A DNA stretch of 24,175 bases from an uncultured Ignavibacteriaceae bacterium (GCA_964589295.1 CAZPSY010000002.1:3168-27342), one strand, 5' to 3'. Positions 1-9,392 are shown, counted from the stretch's first letter. Notes: generated from the sequence alone by a model not told the origin. Numbers and translations are program-made.

Positions 1-1654
1 TAAGTTTCCAGATTATTTTCCCTTCTCCACCGGAATTTATATTTTCAATTTCGCGTGCGATCTTTTCAATCATTTTTTCGCGCATGTTTATTGGTGCAGC
101 TATCAATTTCCGGAAGTTAGTCTGTTTTGAATAACCGGTAAGGTAATTGAATATATCCGACGCATCGGCACATATATCTTCATCGCAAGTAAAGAAACCA
201 AGATCTGTATAAAGCTTTGCAGTTATAGCATTGTAATTACCCGTAGCCATATGTACATAACGTTTTACGCCGTCAAATTCCTTCCGTACAACGAGGGTAA
301 TTTTGGCATGAGTTTTTAAACCAATTAGTCCGTAAACAACATGAACTCCGGCTTTTTCAAGCTCACGCGCCCAAAAAATATTATTCTCCTCATCAAACCT
401 TGCTTTTAACTCTACCAATACTGCTACCTGTTTTCCACGCAAGGCAGCCTCAATTAGTGATTTAACAATTGGAGAATCTCCTCCAACCCGGTATAAGGTT
501 TGTTTAATTGCCAGTACATCAGGATCCTTTACAGCTTGCTTGATAAAATCTATAACAGGAGTAAATGAATGGTAAGGATGATGAAGGATTACATCTTTTT
601 GTTTTATTACAGTAAATATGTCTTCCTCTTCTTCAAAAGTTTTTGGAAGAACAGGGTAAAATGGTTTTTCTTTTAGTTGATGGAGAGGAAGATTGTAAAG
701 GGGCATCACATTACTCAAACCTATAGGACCCAGGGAAACATGTACATCATCTTTTTTTATTTGTAAATTTTCTATTAATGTTTCCAGCATATAATCCGGC
801 ATCGTGCTGGAAACTTCGAGGCGCACTACTTTTCCGAATCTTCTTTGCCTAATATTCTCCTCAATTACACTAAGCAAATCATCTGCTTCATCTTCCTGAA
901 GTTCAATATCTGTATCGCGCGTAATTCTAAAACGATGAGCTTCCACTATTTCCATTCCAGGGAACAGCAGCTGCAGATTTGCTCTTATCAGTCCTTCAAG
1001 CCAGATAAACTTTGCACAAAACGTACCATTAGTGTCTTCGATTCTTTCAGGATTAATAATATTATCAACTTGAAGCAGGCGGGGTAAAATACTTGGCACC
1101 TTTACCCTGGCAAAATGAGTTTCTCCGTTAGGTTTACGTACTAAAATTGCTAAACTTAAACTTAAATTCGAAATATACGGGAAAGGTCTTCCCGGATCGA
1201 AAGCCAATGGTGTAAGTACAGGGTAAATTTCCTTCGTAAAGTATTCATTTAATTTTACTTGCTCTTCAGGATTAAATTCAGTGAATCGCAAGAGCTGAAT
1301 ATTATTCTCTTTTAATGCCGGGGTTATTTGTTCATTCCATAGATCAAAAAGCTGATCTCTCATCGGCTTAAGTAAATTTTCAATCTTTTGTACCTGTTCA
1401 GCCGGAGTTAAGCCGTCAATCGTAGGTTCAAGTATATGAGCAGCTATTTGTTCCTTCAAACCAGAAACTCTTATCATATAAAATTCATCCAGGTTTGAGG
1501 AAAATATGGAAACAAATTTTATTTTTTCTAGCAAGGGCAATTCTGGGTTCAGCGCTTCTTCCAGGACACGCCGGTTAAATTCGACCCAGCTTAAATCCCT
1601 GTTGAAAAAATTTTCCGGGTTTTTGTATTTTTTTAATAGCGATTTACTGTTCAT
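1..1654 (-). CDS. ppk1: Polyphosphate kinase 1 (3' part runs off the window)
   Basis: Missing from the ORF track because its stop lies outside the window. Translating from ATG at 1654 gives MNSKSLLKKYKNPENFFNRDLSWVEFNRRVLEEALNPELPLLEKIKFVSIFSSNLDEFYMIRVSGLKEQ, the PPK1 N-terminal signature. The same frame at the window edge reads REIENINSGGEGKIIWKL. Confidence 0.97.
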   Translation of the reverse strand, partial: MNSKSLLKKYKNPENFFNRDLSWVEFNRRVLEEALNPELPLLEKIKFVSIFSSNLDEFYMIRVSGLKEQIAAHILEPTIDGLTPAEQVQKIENLLKPMRDQLFDLWNEQITPALKENNIQLLRFTEFNPEEQVKLNEYFTKEIYPVLTPLAFDPGRPFPYISNLSLSLAILVRKPNGETHFARVKVPSILPRLLQVDNIINPERIEDTNGTFCAKFIWLEGLIRANLQLLFPGMEIVEAHRFRITRDTDIELQEDEADDLLSVIEENIRQRRFGKVVRLEVSSTMPDYMLETLIENLQIKKDDVHVSLGPIGLSNVMPLYNLPLHQLKEKPFYPVLPKTFEEEEDIFTVIKQKDVILHHPYHSFTPVIDFIKQAVKDPDVLAIKQTLYRVGGDSPIVKSLIEAALRGKQVAVLVELKARFDEENNIFWARELEKAGVHVVYGLIGLKTHAKITLVVRKEFDGVKRYVHMATGNYNAITAKLYTDLGFFTCDEDICADASDIFNYLTGYSKQTNFRKLIAAPINMREKMIEKIAREIENINSGGEGKIIWKL

Positions 1655-1679
1655 GCATTAAATTAGTTCTAAAAGAATG

Positions 1680-1687
1680 CAAATATA
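1680..1687 (-). promoter_or_regulatory. Putative Bacteroidota-type -7 promoter element (TATATTTG) for ppk1
   Basis: Exact TAnnTTTG match on the minus strand, 25 nt upstream of the ppk1 ATG. Confidence 0.5.
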
Positions 1688-1857
1688 ACACTTTAACAGA
1701 TGATAAACTGTGCAAAATCCGGTACATAATTAGCTGTGAGGAAAGGCACAGCTTACGTAATAGGAAGGAATGACAACATTGTTGAATTATTGGAGGGCAA
1801 TATTGAAATTATTAATAATAAAATTTCTTCATTAAAAAATCCACTTGAAATGGTGAA

Positions 1858-3306
1858 TTATGATTTCCAGTAAGCCGGGGAAAATATTATTAACACAGTA
1901 AATAATTCCAACCTGCCAAGCAGCATTAAAAAACTTAGGATCCATTTTGCAATATCGGGAAGATGAGCAAAATTATTAATAGGGCCAACTGTTTCAATCC
2001 CCGGACCCACATTTCCAATGCAAGTAGCTGTTGCGCCAATAGCTGTAAGAAAATCTAATCCTAGTAAAGAAAGTAGAGCCGATGCGAAAACGAAGATCAT
2101 TATATAAAATATAAAGAACGCTTGCACATTCGAAATTATGTCGGGTCCAACGCTTTTTTCATTAAACCTTACAGGAATTACAGCACGCGGGTGTAATAAT
2201 CTTTTAAGTTCTAAAAGACTGTTTTTAAAAAGAAGAGAATGTCTTACAAACTTTATCCCGCCGCCGGTTGAACCTGCACATCCGCCAACAAATAGTAAGA
2301 TAAAGAAGATTATTTTAGAAAATGATGCCCACTGCTGATAGTCAGAAGAAACATAACCCGTTGTAGTAACTAATGACACAACGTGAAAAAGTGATTGACG
2401 GATTGACTCTTCCCAATTGAATGCTACTTCGGATAAATGAATAATGGTAATAAATAATGCAGCGCCAAGGATAAAAAACAGGTAACTGCGGAACTCTGTA
2501 TTATGCTTAAAGAAACTAAACTTGCCGTGGAAGCCAAGGTAATGAAGAGTAAAATTCATCCCGGCAAAAAACATAAAAAGTATAAACACATATTGAATAA
2601 AAGGTGAGACAAAGTGTGCGGTGCTTGCATTTTTTGTAGAAAATCCGCCTGTCGCCATTGTGGTGAAGGAATGATTTATTGCATCAAACAGATTCATTCC
2701 GCCAACTAAAAGTAAAACCATTTCTGTAAATGTGAAAATAACATAAATTCCCCAGAGCCGTTTAGCCGTTTCCTTTATGCGTGGATGAAGTTTATCCTTA
2801 GTTACTCCAGGTACTTCTGCTGCAAAAAGCTGCATTCCGCCAATACCCAGTAGGGGAAGTATTGCGATAGATAAAACTATAATTCCCATTCCACCAAGCC
2901 ATTGAGTCAAGCTTCTCCAAAAAAGCAGTCCATGTGGAACGGCTTCTATGTCTTCAAGAATAGATGCCCCGGTTGTGGTAAAACCGGACATGGTTTCGAA
3001 GAAAGCATCTGTGTAATTTGGTATTGCCCCGTAAATTATAAATGGCAGAGCACCAAACAGAGCCATTGAAACCCAGCCGAGGGTTACAATTAAGTAACCT
3101 TCCCTTTTACCTAACTCGCGGTCGTCGCTTTTCCTGGTGCTAATCCATGCCAGCAATCCTGTAAACGAAGTTATAATTGCAGCAATGATAAGAGCAATTA
3201 TATCATCATCGCCATAATAGAGTGAAAAAGGAATACCGCTGAGCATAAGTAACCCGGTAAGGATTAGCAGCAAACTGATAACTTTAATTACAACTTTAAA
3301 ATTCAT
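1858..3306 (-). CDS. trkH: Trk system potassium uptake membrane protein TrkH
   Basis: 482 aa polytopic membrane protein with four pore-loop glycine motifs (SGFTTTGAS, TMATGGFS, VTTTGYVS, CIGNVGPG), GGCAGSTGGGIK and C-terminal MLLGRLELF. Lies 3 nt downstream of trkA. Confidence 0.97.
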   Translation of the reverse strand: MNFKVVIKVISLLLILTGLLMLSGIPFSLYYGDDDIIALIIAAIITSFTGLLAWISTRKSDDRELGKREGYLIVTLGWVSMALFGALPFIIYGAIPNYTDAFFETMSGFTTTGASILEDIEAVPHGLLFWRSLTQWLGGMGIIVLSIAILPLLGIGGMQLFAAEVPGVTKDKLHPRIKETAKRLWGIYVIFTFTEMVLLLVGGMNLFDAINHSFTTMATGGFSTKNASTAHFVSPFIQYVFILFMFFAGMNFTLHYLGFHGKFSFFKHNTEFRSYLFFILGAALFITIIHLSEVAFNWEESIRQSLFHVVSLVTTTGYVSSDYQQWASFSKIIFFILLFVGGCAGSTGGGIKFVRHSLLFKNSLLELKRLLHPRAVIPVRFNEKSVGPDIISNVQAFFIFYIMIFVFASALLSLLGLDFLTAIGATATCIGNVGPGIETVGPINNFAHLPDIAKWILSFLMLLGRLELFTVLIIFSPAYWKS

Positions 3307-3309
3307 TTT

Positions 3310-4650
3310 TTATTTGAAGAGTTTTTCTATTTTTTTTATAGCGCCGGGCAGCAGAAAAATGACAACCTTATCATCTGCACGAATTTTTGTATCGCCAACA
3401 GCTATTAAACTCTCATTACCTCTAATTATTCCACCGATAATTGCTTCTTTCGGAAAATCGAGATCTTTTACCTGCTTTTTTGTTATGGGTGAATTTGGCT
3501 GTGCGATATATTCTAAAACTTCCGCATCAATGCCTTCCAGCGAAGTTAAAGAAATAATTTCACCTTTACGTATAAACCTGGAAATATTGTTTGCCGCAAG
3601 TAGTTTTTTGTTTATAAGTGAATCTAAACCGATGGTTTGTGTAAGCGGAACGTAATCGGCTTTATCAACCAGTGCTATGGTTTTTGTTACACCAAGGTGT
3701 TTTGCCATGAGGCAGGATATAATATTTGTTTCTGCATCATCGGTTACTGCAATGTAAGCATCAACATCAATAATTCCTTCCTGTGCAAGCAGATCAATAT
3801 CTCTTCCGTCTCCCCTTATAATGAGAGTGTCTTGCAAATCATCAGCTAAAGCCAGGCTCTTCTCTTCATCGGATTCTATCAACTTAACTTTCATCTTATC
3901 ACTTAAGAGTTTAGCTACCCTCCGACCAATCTTGCTGCCGCCAAGAATCATAATATTGTCAAAATCAATATTTTCTTTTCCGGCAAGTTTAAGAATTTTA
4001 TCAATTCCTTCAGGTTTTGTGATGATAAATACCTGGTCGTTCGGAAGGAATTTATCTTTACCCATCGGGATGATTGTTCTAAAGTTCCTGTGGAGTGCAA
4101 CAATTCTAAAGTCAAAGCTTTGATGTTCGTAAGCAATTTCACTTATAGTTTTTCTTATTACGGGCGCATTCTTATCTAACCGTAATCCTATTACCGAAAG
4201 CTTGCCCCCTTCAAATTCCATAACATCTGTTGCAGCAGTTCTGTTTATCAGGTTAAAAGTTTCCTGCGCAGCTAGTTCTTCCGGATAAATCATAAAATCA
4301 ATGCCAAGCTCGGTAAACTTTTCTTCAGTATCCTTTTCCAAATACTCGGCGTTCGCTATACGTGCAATTGTTTTTTTTGCGCCCAGTTTTTTTGCAAGTA
4401 TTGCACTGGTAACGTTTACCTCCTCAGAAGAAGTAACACCAACGAACAGATCGGCTTTATCAACCTTGGCTTCCTTTAAAATTCCTATTGAAGTTGATGA
4501 TCCGGTCAAAGTAAGGACGTCAGTCATTGAATCGGTATAAGAAAGCCGCCGCTGATCCTGGTCGATTGCAATTATATCGTGTTCATCCTGCGAAAGTTCT
4601 TTTGCCAGATGATACCCCACATCACCCATTCCGGCAATAATTATTCTCAT
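3310..4650 (-). CDS. trkA: Trk system potassium transporter regulatory subunit TrkA
   Basis: 446 aa with two RCK_N/RCK_C repeats (IIIAGMGDVGYHLA; IMILGGSKIGRRVA). Operon with trkH. Confidence 0.97.
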   Translation of the reverse strand: MRIIIAGMGDVGYHLAKELSQDEHDIIAIDQDQRRLSYTDSMTDVLTLTGSSTSIGILKEAKVDKADLFVGVTSSEEVNVTSAILAKKLGAKKTIARIANAEYLEKDTEEKFTELGIDFMIYPEELAAQETFNLINRTAATDVMEFEGGKLSVIGLRLDKNAPVIRKTISEIAYEHQSFDFRIVALHRNFRTIIPMGKDKFLPNDQVFIITKPEGIDKILKLAGKENIDFDNIMILGGSKIGRRVAKLLSDKMKVKLIESDEEKSLALADDLQDTLIIRGDGRDIDLLAQEGIIDVDAYIAVTDDAETNIISCLMAKHLGVTKTIALVDKADYVPLTQTIGLDSLINKKLLAANNISRFIRKGEIISLTSLEGIDAEVLEYIAQPNSPITKKQVKDLDFPKEAIIGGIIRGNESLIAVGDTKIRADDKVVIFLLPGAIKKIEKLFK

Positions 4651-4741
4651 TCTTTTCTATGCCTGTATAAATATTTAATAATCATCCTCTAAATTTCAAC
4701 ACTTAAAATGCAAAATACAATTGAAATTTTTAAATAGTCTT

Positions 4742-4769
4742 CAGAAGACAGGAGTCAGCCGACAGAAAC
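4742..4769. repeat. Degenerate heptamer tandem repeat (4 x CAGnnnn)
   Basis: CAGAAGA-CAGGAGT-CAGCCGA-CAGAAAC, a GC-richer patch inside the AT-rich trkA/GT2 intergenic region. Confidence 0.4.
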
Positions 4770-4882
4770 GGAAATATTATTTAAACAATTTTGTTAGTTT
4801 AGTAGTTAAAATTTCTTATGTTTTACATTATTTATTAGTATAAAAATATCTCAATCTACTTAATAACCTAGAACAATTAATT

Positions 4883-5647
4883 ATGAATGAAATTAGTTGT
4901 GTAATCATAACCTTTAATGAAGAAGAAAACATCCGCAGATGCCTGCAAGCCCTAAGCTGGTGTGATGAAGTTGTTATTGTGGATTCAGGAAGCAGTGATA
5001 AAACCCTGGAAATTTGTAAAAATTTTAATTGCAAAATTCATCATAATAATTTTAACGGTTACGGCGAGCAAAAACGTTTTGCAGTTTCATTAGCAAAAAA
5101 TGATTGGGTTTTAAATGTTGATGCGGATGAAGTTGTTAGTGAAACATTAAGAGAGAAAATTTTATTAGGATTAAATCAAAATCCTAAAAGTGCGAATGGA
5201 TTTTATCTCTCCCGTTCACTTTTCTTTTTGGGAAGACAATTTAAATACGGCAGGGAAAGTAAAGAATATTATATACGATTGTTTAATAAACAGTTTGCTA
5301 ATTTTACCGAAGATAAAGTGCACGAGGGTGTGATTGTTGAAGGCTCAACAGAAAAATTAAGCGGCGAACTGCTGCACTACAGTTACAACTCCATTCATCA
5401 GTACTTTGAAAAATTTAATAAATATACAACACAGGCAGCACAGGAATTATTCGAAAAAGGAAAAAATAGAAGTTTAATATTTACAATAATTGTTTTTCCC
5501 GTTTACTTTTTTAAGAATTATGTTTTTAACAGAAATTTTTTAAACGGCTGGCAGGGATTTTTATGGGCTCTCTTTTCTTCCTGGTACCCTGTGGTAAAGT
5601 ATGCAAAGCTTTGGGCTTTGAGGAATTTGAAGAGTGGGAATTCGTGA
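4883..5647 (+). CDS. Family 2 glycosyltransferase, WaaE/KdtX-like (probable LPS-core beta-1,4-glucosyltransferase)
   Basis: ISCVIITFNEEENIRRCL, VDSGSSDKT, GYGEQKRFA, DWVLNVDADE (DXD), VHE and LLHYSY motifs. Confidence 0.88.
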   Translation: MNEISCVIITFNEEENIRRCLQALSWCDEVVIVDSGSSDKTLEICKNFNCKIHHNNFNGYGEQKRFAVSLAKNDWVLNVDADEVVSETLREKILLGLNQNPKSANGFYLSRSLFFLGRQFKYGRESKEYYIRLFNKQFANFTEDKVHEGVIVEGSTEKLSGELLHYSYNSIHQYFEKFNKYTTQAAQELFEKGKNRSLIFTIIVFPVYFFKNYVFNRNFLNGWQGFLWALFSSWYPVVKYAKLWALRNLKSGNS

Positions 5648-5689
5648 AAATTAGTGGCTAACATTCTCTATCACGAATTAACACTAATT
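5639..5689. repeat. REP-like inverted repeat made of AATT(C/A)GTG doublets
   Basis: Left arm AATTCGTG-AA-AATTAGTG (5639-5656). Right arm CACGAATT-AA-CACTAATT (5672-5689), whose reverse complement matches the left arm at 14/18. Confidence 0.65.
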
Positions 5690-6731
5690 ATGCTAAATCT
5701 TTTATATCAATAAATATCTTCTGAAAATTCCTTGACTTTCTTTCTTTCCAGTTCTCTTTATGATAAGCATAACCGGCAACTAGCGGAAGCGCTAGGGTTG
5801 CTTCTGAATAAACCATCTGCTCATAAGTAGTTTCAATTTTCCCCCAGGAGCTTGCTTCTTTAAGTGTAGAACCCGAAAGAGCGCCATCACGTTCATCTGC
5901 AACAGTAATCTGTATTGCATACTTATGCATCGGTGCGTCTTCTTTTAAAATATCTGCAGCTACAACAATATCCTGAGTAAAGTTTTTCGGCACACCACCG
6001 CCAATCATAAATATTCCTGTTTCTTTGCTTACTAATTTAATTTTTGTAAGCTCAAGAAAATCTTTTGCAGAATCTAAAGAAACATGATTATCCGGATGTT
6101 CAGTTTGATGTACTATAAAACCGAATCCTGCTGAGCAATCAGAAAAAGCAGGGACGAAGATTGGAACATCCTTTTTATATGCAGCCCAAATAACTGAGTC
6201 TTCAACTTTGGGTCCGCCATTATTTTCCAGGAATTTCCCAAACTCGTATAAAAGTTCACGCGATGAGTAAGGTTTTGGCTTAAGCCCGTTAAATATTCTT
6301 GCGCAAGTATCATCACAAATTCTTAATTCATCTTCATCAATGTATGTATCGTAAATCCTATCGATGTGTAATTCTCTTAGTTCATTATTATCTGCAAACC
6401 GGGAACCTTTATAATGCTTGAAACCAAGTGCTTCAAAGAAATCCTGGTCAACCATAATTGCGCCAGTAGAAACTATTGCATCAACCATATTATTCATAAT
6501 CATATCGTAAACAATTTTCTTCAAACCAGCGCTGAATAAACTTCCTGCAAGAGTTAAGATAATTGCACAGTTTTCATCTTTTATCATTCTATCATAAATC
6601 TGTGCAGCACGGTTAAGGTCTCTTGCTGAAAAAGCCATATTCTCCATGGCTTCAACTAAGGGAACAACGTTGTAATTTTTAATATCTATGTGTTGAACTA
6701 TATCTTTTAAATAATCTTTTTTCTTAGCCAT
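5688..6731 (-). CDS. Deoxyhypusine-synthase-like NAD-dependent polyamine enzyme (homospermidine pathway, SpeY-like)
   Basis: LTLAGSL, VDAIVSTGA, IGGGVPKNF, QITVADERDGALSGSTLKEASSWGK with the catalytic Lys of the DHS family. Shine-Dalgarno-like AGAGG upstream. Confidence 0.9.
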   Translation of the reverse strand: MAKKKDYLKDIVQHIDIKNYNVVPLVEAMENMAFSARDLNRAAQIYDRMIKDENCAIILTLAGSLFSAGLKKIVYDMIMNNMVDAIVSTGAIMVDQDFFEALGFKHYKGSRFADNNELRELHIDRIYDTYIDEDELRICDDTCARIFNGLKPKPYSSRELLYEFGKFLENNGGPKVEDSVIWAAYKKDVPIFVPAFSDCSAGFGFIVHQTEHPDNHVSLDSAKDFLELTKIKLVSKETGIFMIGGGVPKNFTQDIVVAADILKEDAPMHKYAIQITVADERDGALSGSTLKEASSWGKIETTYEQMVYSEATLALPLVAGYAYHKENWKERKSRNFQKIFIDIKDLA

Positions 6732-6763
6732 TATATACCTCTTTCATAAATTTGATCATCAAT

Positions 6764-7801
6764 TTAAAAAAACATTTTTGCAATTCTCAATATTCCCTGC
6801 TTCCAGGGCACACGGTGCGAAACACCTGATAAATCTTTAAACTCATCAAAGTGTTCAACATACCAATTATAGTTTCTTATCAATGCATCTTTATTTGAAA
6901 ATTTAGGATCGTAACCAAGTATTTTTTCTGCTTTTTCAATCGATACAAACGAATCCTTTGAGGCAGTTTCGTAAACCCATTTATAAAGTGGTGAAAGCTT
7001 AAGCGCTTCCAAAATCCTTAATGTCCAGATGATCGGTTTTTCCGGGAGTCCTTTAATTTTCTTACCGAAGCCGGCGACATCCAACACTGCCTGGTAATCT
7101 TCCCGCATTGTGGTGTACTCTCTTGCTCCAATGTTGAATGTATCGTTTACTGCGTCTCTATCTTTTGTTGCACAAAGATAAGTTGCATCACAAAGGTCTT
7201 CTACATCAAGCAATTGATAGCGGTTTTTACCATTCCCTATCATCGGAAAACCATGACCATCTTTAGCCCAATCATATAGCAGATCGAACACACCTAATCT
7301 TTCCGGTCCAATAAAAGATTTAGGACGAATGATGGGAACACACATTCCTTTCTTTCGCATTTTTCGGCATTGCTCTTCGGCTTCTATTTTTGCTATTCCG
7401 TAAGGTCCAACACCATCAAGTTTGTCATCTTCCACCAATGGATGATGATCGGGGATGCCGTAAACAGCGGTTGAAGAGATATGAATAAAGCGATCGACTT
7501 TATGGTTTTCTGCTGCTTCCAGAAGATTTTTTGTACCTTCAATATCTGTGGAGAATATCTCTTCCGGCGTGTAAAGAGGGAGTGCAGCTGCAGTATGAAT
7601 TACTACATCAACACCTTCAACTGCTTTATCCACAGTTTCTTTATCTCTTATATCACCTGTTATAATTTTTATTTCATCATTAACATCGGCGTAATCGAAT
7701 TCTACGATATCAAGCGAAACAACATCGTGCCCGTTTTTTCTTAAATGCCTTACTAAGTTTATCCCAAGAAAACCAGCGCCGCCGGTTATTAAGAATTTCA
7801 T
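6764..7801 (-). CDS. Extended SDR, NAD-dependent epimerase/dehydratase (3-beta-HSD-like)
   Basis: MKFLITGGAGFLG Rossmann motif, HISSTAVYG, YGIAK (YxxxK). ATG 7801 preferred over the ORF-track TTG at 7819. Confidence 0.9.
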   Translation of the reverse strand: MKFLITGGAGFLGINLVRHLRKNGHDVVSLDIVEFDYADVNDEIKIITGDIRDKETVDKAVEGVDVVIHTAAALPLYTPEEIFSTDIEGTKNLLEAAENHKVDRFIHISSTAVYGIPDHHPLVEDDKLDGVGPYGIAKIEAEEQCRKMRKKGMCVPIIRPKSFIGPERLGVFDLLYDWAKDGHGFPMIGNGKNRYQLLDVEDLCDATYLCATKDRDAVNDTFNIGAREYTTMREDYQAVLDVAGFGKKIKGLPEKPIIWTLRILEALKLSPLYKWVYETASKDSFVSIEKAEKILGYDPKFSNKDALIRNYNWYVEHFDEFKDLSGVSHRVPWKQGILRIAKMFF

Positions 7802-7914
7802 TATAAAAGTATCCTTCAATAATTATCTGAAATTGGAAAGATAAAATTACTAATTTTGATTTCTGCTTCAAAAAAAAGAGCAGTTTAAGTTTTTTTATAA
7901 TAACCTGCATAGTA

Positions 7915-8637
7915 GTGGATAAAAAGAATTACAATAGATCATATTTATTCCTGGCAAGTTTTGTTTTTTCAATCATATTGCATTTTGCTGCTATTGTTTT
8001 AGTAAAGTATGTTACGAATCTAAGTTTAGAAAAACCTTTGGTTAACCCTGGATATGTGTTAGTTACAACAGGTATCAAGGAGAAAAAGCAACGCGAAAAT
8101 TTACCAGTGGAAAATAAAGAGGAAGAAAACCTGGAAGATAAATCTTCTGAGCCGGAAGAGATTCAGGAAAGTGAGTTAACTGAATCCAGCTTCTATGTAA
8201 ATTTTGATAATGAAAATGCTGATACAACTTTGCTTGAGCAGTTATACAGCGAACAGACATTAAACGTTAGGGTAAAATATCCCGCAGGGTGGAAATTTAT
8301 AGATCAGAATAATAATGGCAAGCTGGATGGAGTTACTTTCTGGGCATCAGCAGGTAATTACAATCCTCCGCCATATATTCATTTAGAAGTTAAAGAAAAA
8401 TATCTGTTTAGTGAAAACCGCTATCAATATAGCAGGGAGATGAGAGAGTTTACTGCTTACTATAATGAACCGGAAGAACTATCAGGGCAAGTTTCGCAGG
8501 AGGTTTATTGCAGAACAGAAAGTGAGAACGATTTTAACTTAAAACTTATAATAAATGGCAGGGAGCAGTTTAAATCTTTTCAGCCAAGATTTTTTGGTAT
8601 GATAAAATCCTTTAAATTCGGTAAAACATTATTTTAA
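7915..8637 (+). CDS. Hypothetical membrane-anchored protein: TonB-like N-terminal anchor, acidic linker, PsbP-like C-terminal domain
   Basis: One hydrophobic segment containing SIILH, an E/K-rich linker, and a C-domain bounded by VRVKYPAGWKF and MIKSFKF. TAATTTTG at 7851-7858 upstream. Domain assignment is by pattern recognition only. Confidence 0.6.
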   Translation: MDKKNYNRSYLFLASFVFSIILHFAAIVLVKYVTNLSLEKPLVNPGYVLVTTGIKEKKQRENLPVENKEEENLEDKSSEPEEIQESELTESSFYVNFDNENADTTLLEQLYSEQTLNVRVKYPAGWKFIDQNNNGKLDGVTFWASAGNYNPPPYIHLEVKEKYLFSENRYQYSREMREFTAYYNEPEELSGQVSQEVYCRTESENDFNLKLIINGREQFKSFQPRFFGMIKSFKFGKTLF

Positions 8638-8667
8638 TTTTCTAACATCAATCACAATGGAGGAGAT

Positions 8668-9327
8668 ATGTACAAATTATTTTTATCATCATTATCAATT
8701 CTACTTCTTGCTGCTTCAAGCATTCTTTTTGCACAAAGCCCTTTTGAAGGCAAAGTAATATTTAAAGTTTACGATGAGGGTGATGCACAATCGATGAGTT
8801 ACTTTGTAAAAGGGGATAAATTTAAAATTAATACCCCTGAAGGAGGAATGGGAATAGGTTATATGATTTATGATGCGAGCACAGAAATAATGACCCTTGT
8901 TATGGTTGAGCAAAATATGTATATGGAAATGCCTATTGATGCGGCAGGAGATATGATGGATCAGGATAGTGAAAATGTTTATTTTAATAACACTGGTGAA
9001 ACCCAGGAGATTAATGGTTACATGTGTGAGAAATTTGAATTTACTGATGACAAGGGCTCGGGAATTGCCTGGATGACGAAGGAACTTGGTAATTTTTTCT
9101 TTTTAGGTGATATGGAAGGAACTGAAAACTCTCAATCAAACTGGCAACAGGAAATTATGGCTGAAGGCTACTTCCCGATGCTTGTTAAACAGGAAAATTC
9201 ATCTGGTGAATTGAACCCTGTTTTCGTAATAGAGGAAATATTGCCAATGCCGCTTGGCGACGATATTTTCTCCGTTCCTGCTGGATTCCAAAAATTCGAT
9301 ATGCCGAATATGGGTGACTCTGAATAG
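8668..9327 (+). CDS. Exported DUF4412-family protein
   Basis: Signal peptide, then AQSPFEGKVIF, YFVKGDKFKI, TGETQEINGYMCEKF and WMTKELG. Strong SD GGAGGAG at 8659-8665. Confidence 0.75.
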   Translation: MYKLFLSSLSILLLAASSILFAQSPFEGKVIFKVYDEGDAQSMSYFVKGDKFKINTPEGGMGIGYMIYDASTEIMTLVMVEQNMYMEMPIDAAGDMMDQDSENVYFNNTGETQEINGYMCEKFEFTDDKGSGIAWMTKELGNFFFLGDMEGTENSQSNWQQEIMAEGYFPMLVKQENSSGELNPVFVIEEILPMPLGDDIFSVPAGFQKFDMPNMGDSE

Positions 9328-9392
9328 ATTTTTTTATTCTCTGAACTTAGAAGGGCAATAATATTTCCGGTATTTAATCCGGGCGGCTAATC

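Noticed and set aside
1694-1711. Possible Pho box upstream of ppk1 (CAGTTTA-n4-CTGTTAA on the minus strand)
   Set aside because: The 11-nt spacing fits, but the half-sites match CTGTCAT at only 3/7 and 5/7, which is too weak in AT-rich DNA.
1732-1753. Hairpin AGCTGTG-AGGAAAGG-CACAGCT between trkH and ppk1
   Set aside because: A real 7-bp stem, but it has no U-tract and no match to an RNA family I recognise. At most a weak terminator or processing site.
845-4540. Short ORF-track entries antisense or internal to ppk1, trkH and trkA (845-1087, 2138-2338, 3314-3655, 3637-3849, 3821-4123, 3948-4142, 4301-4540)
   Set aside because: Shadow frames of well-supported genes, with no recognisable motifs or ribosome-binding sites.
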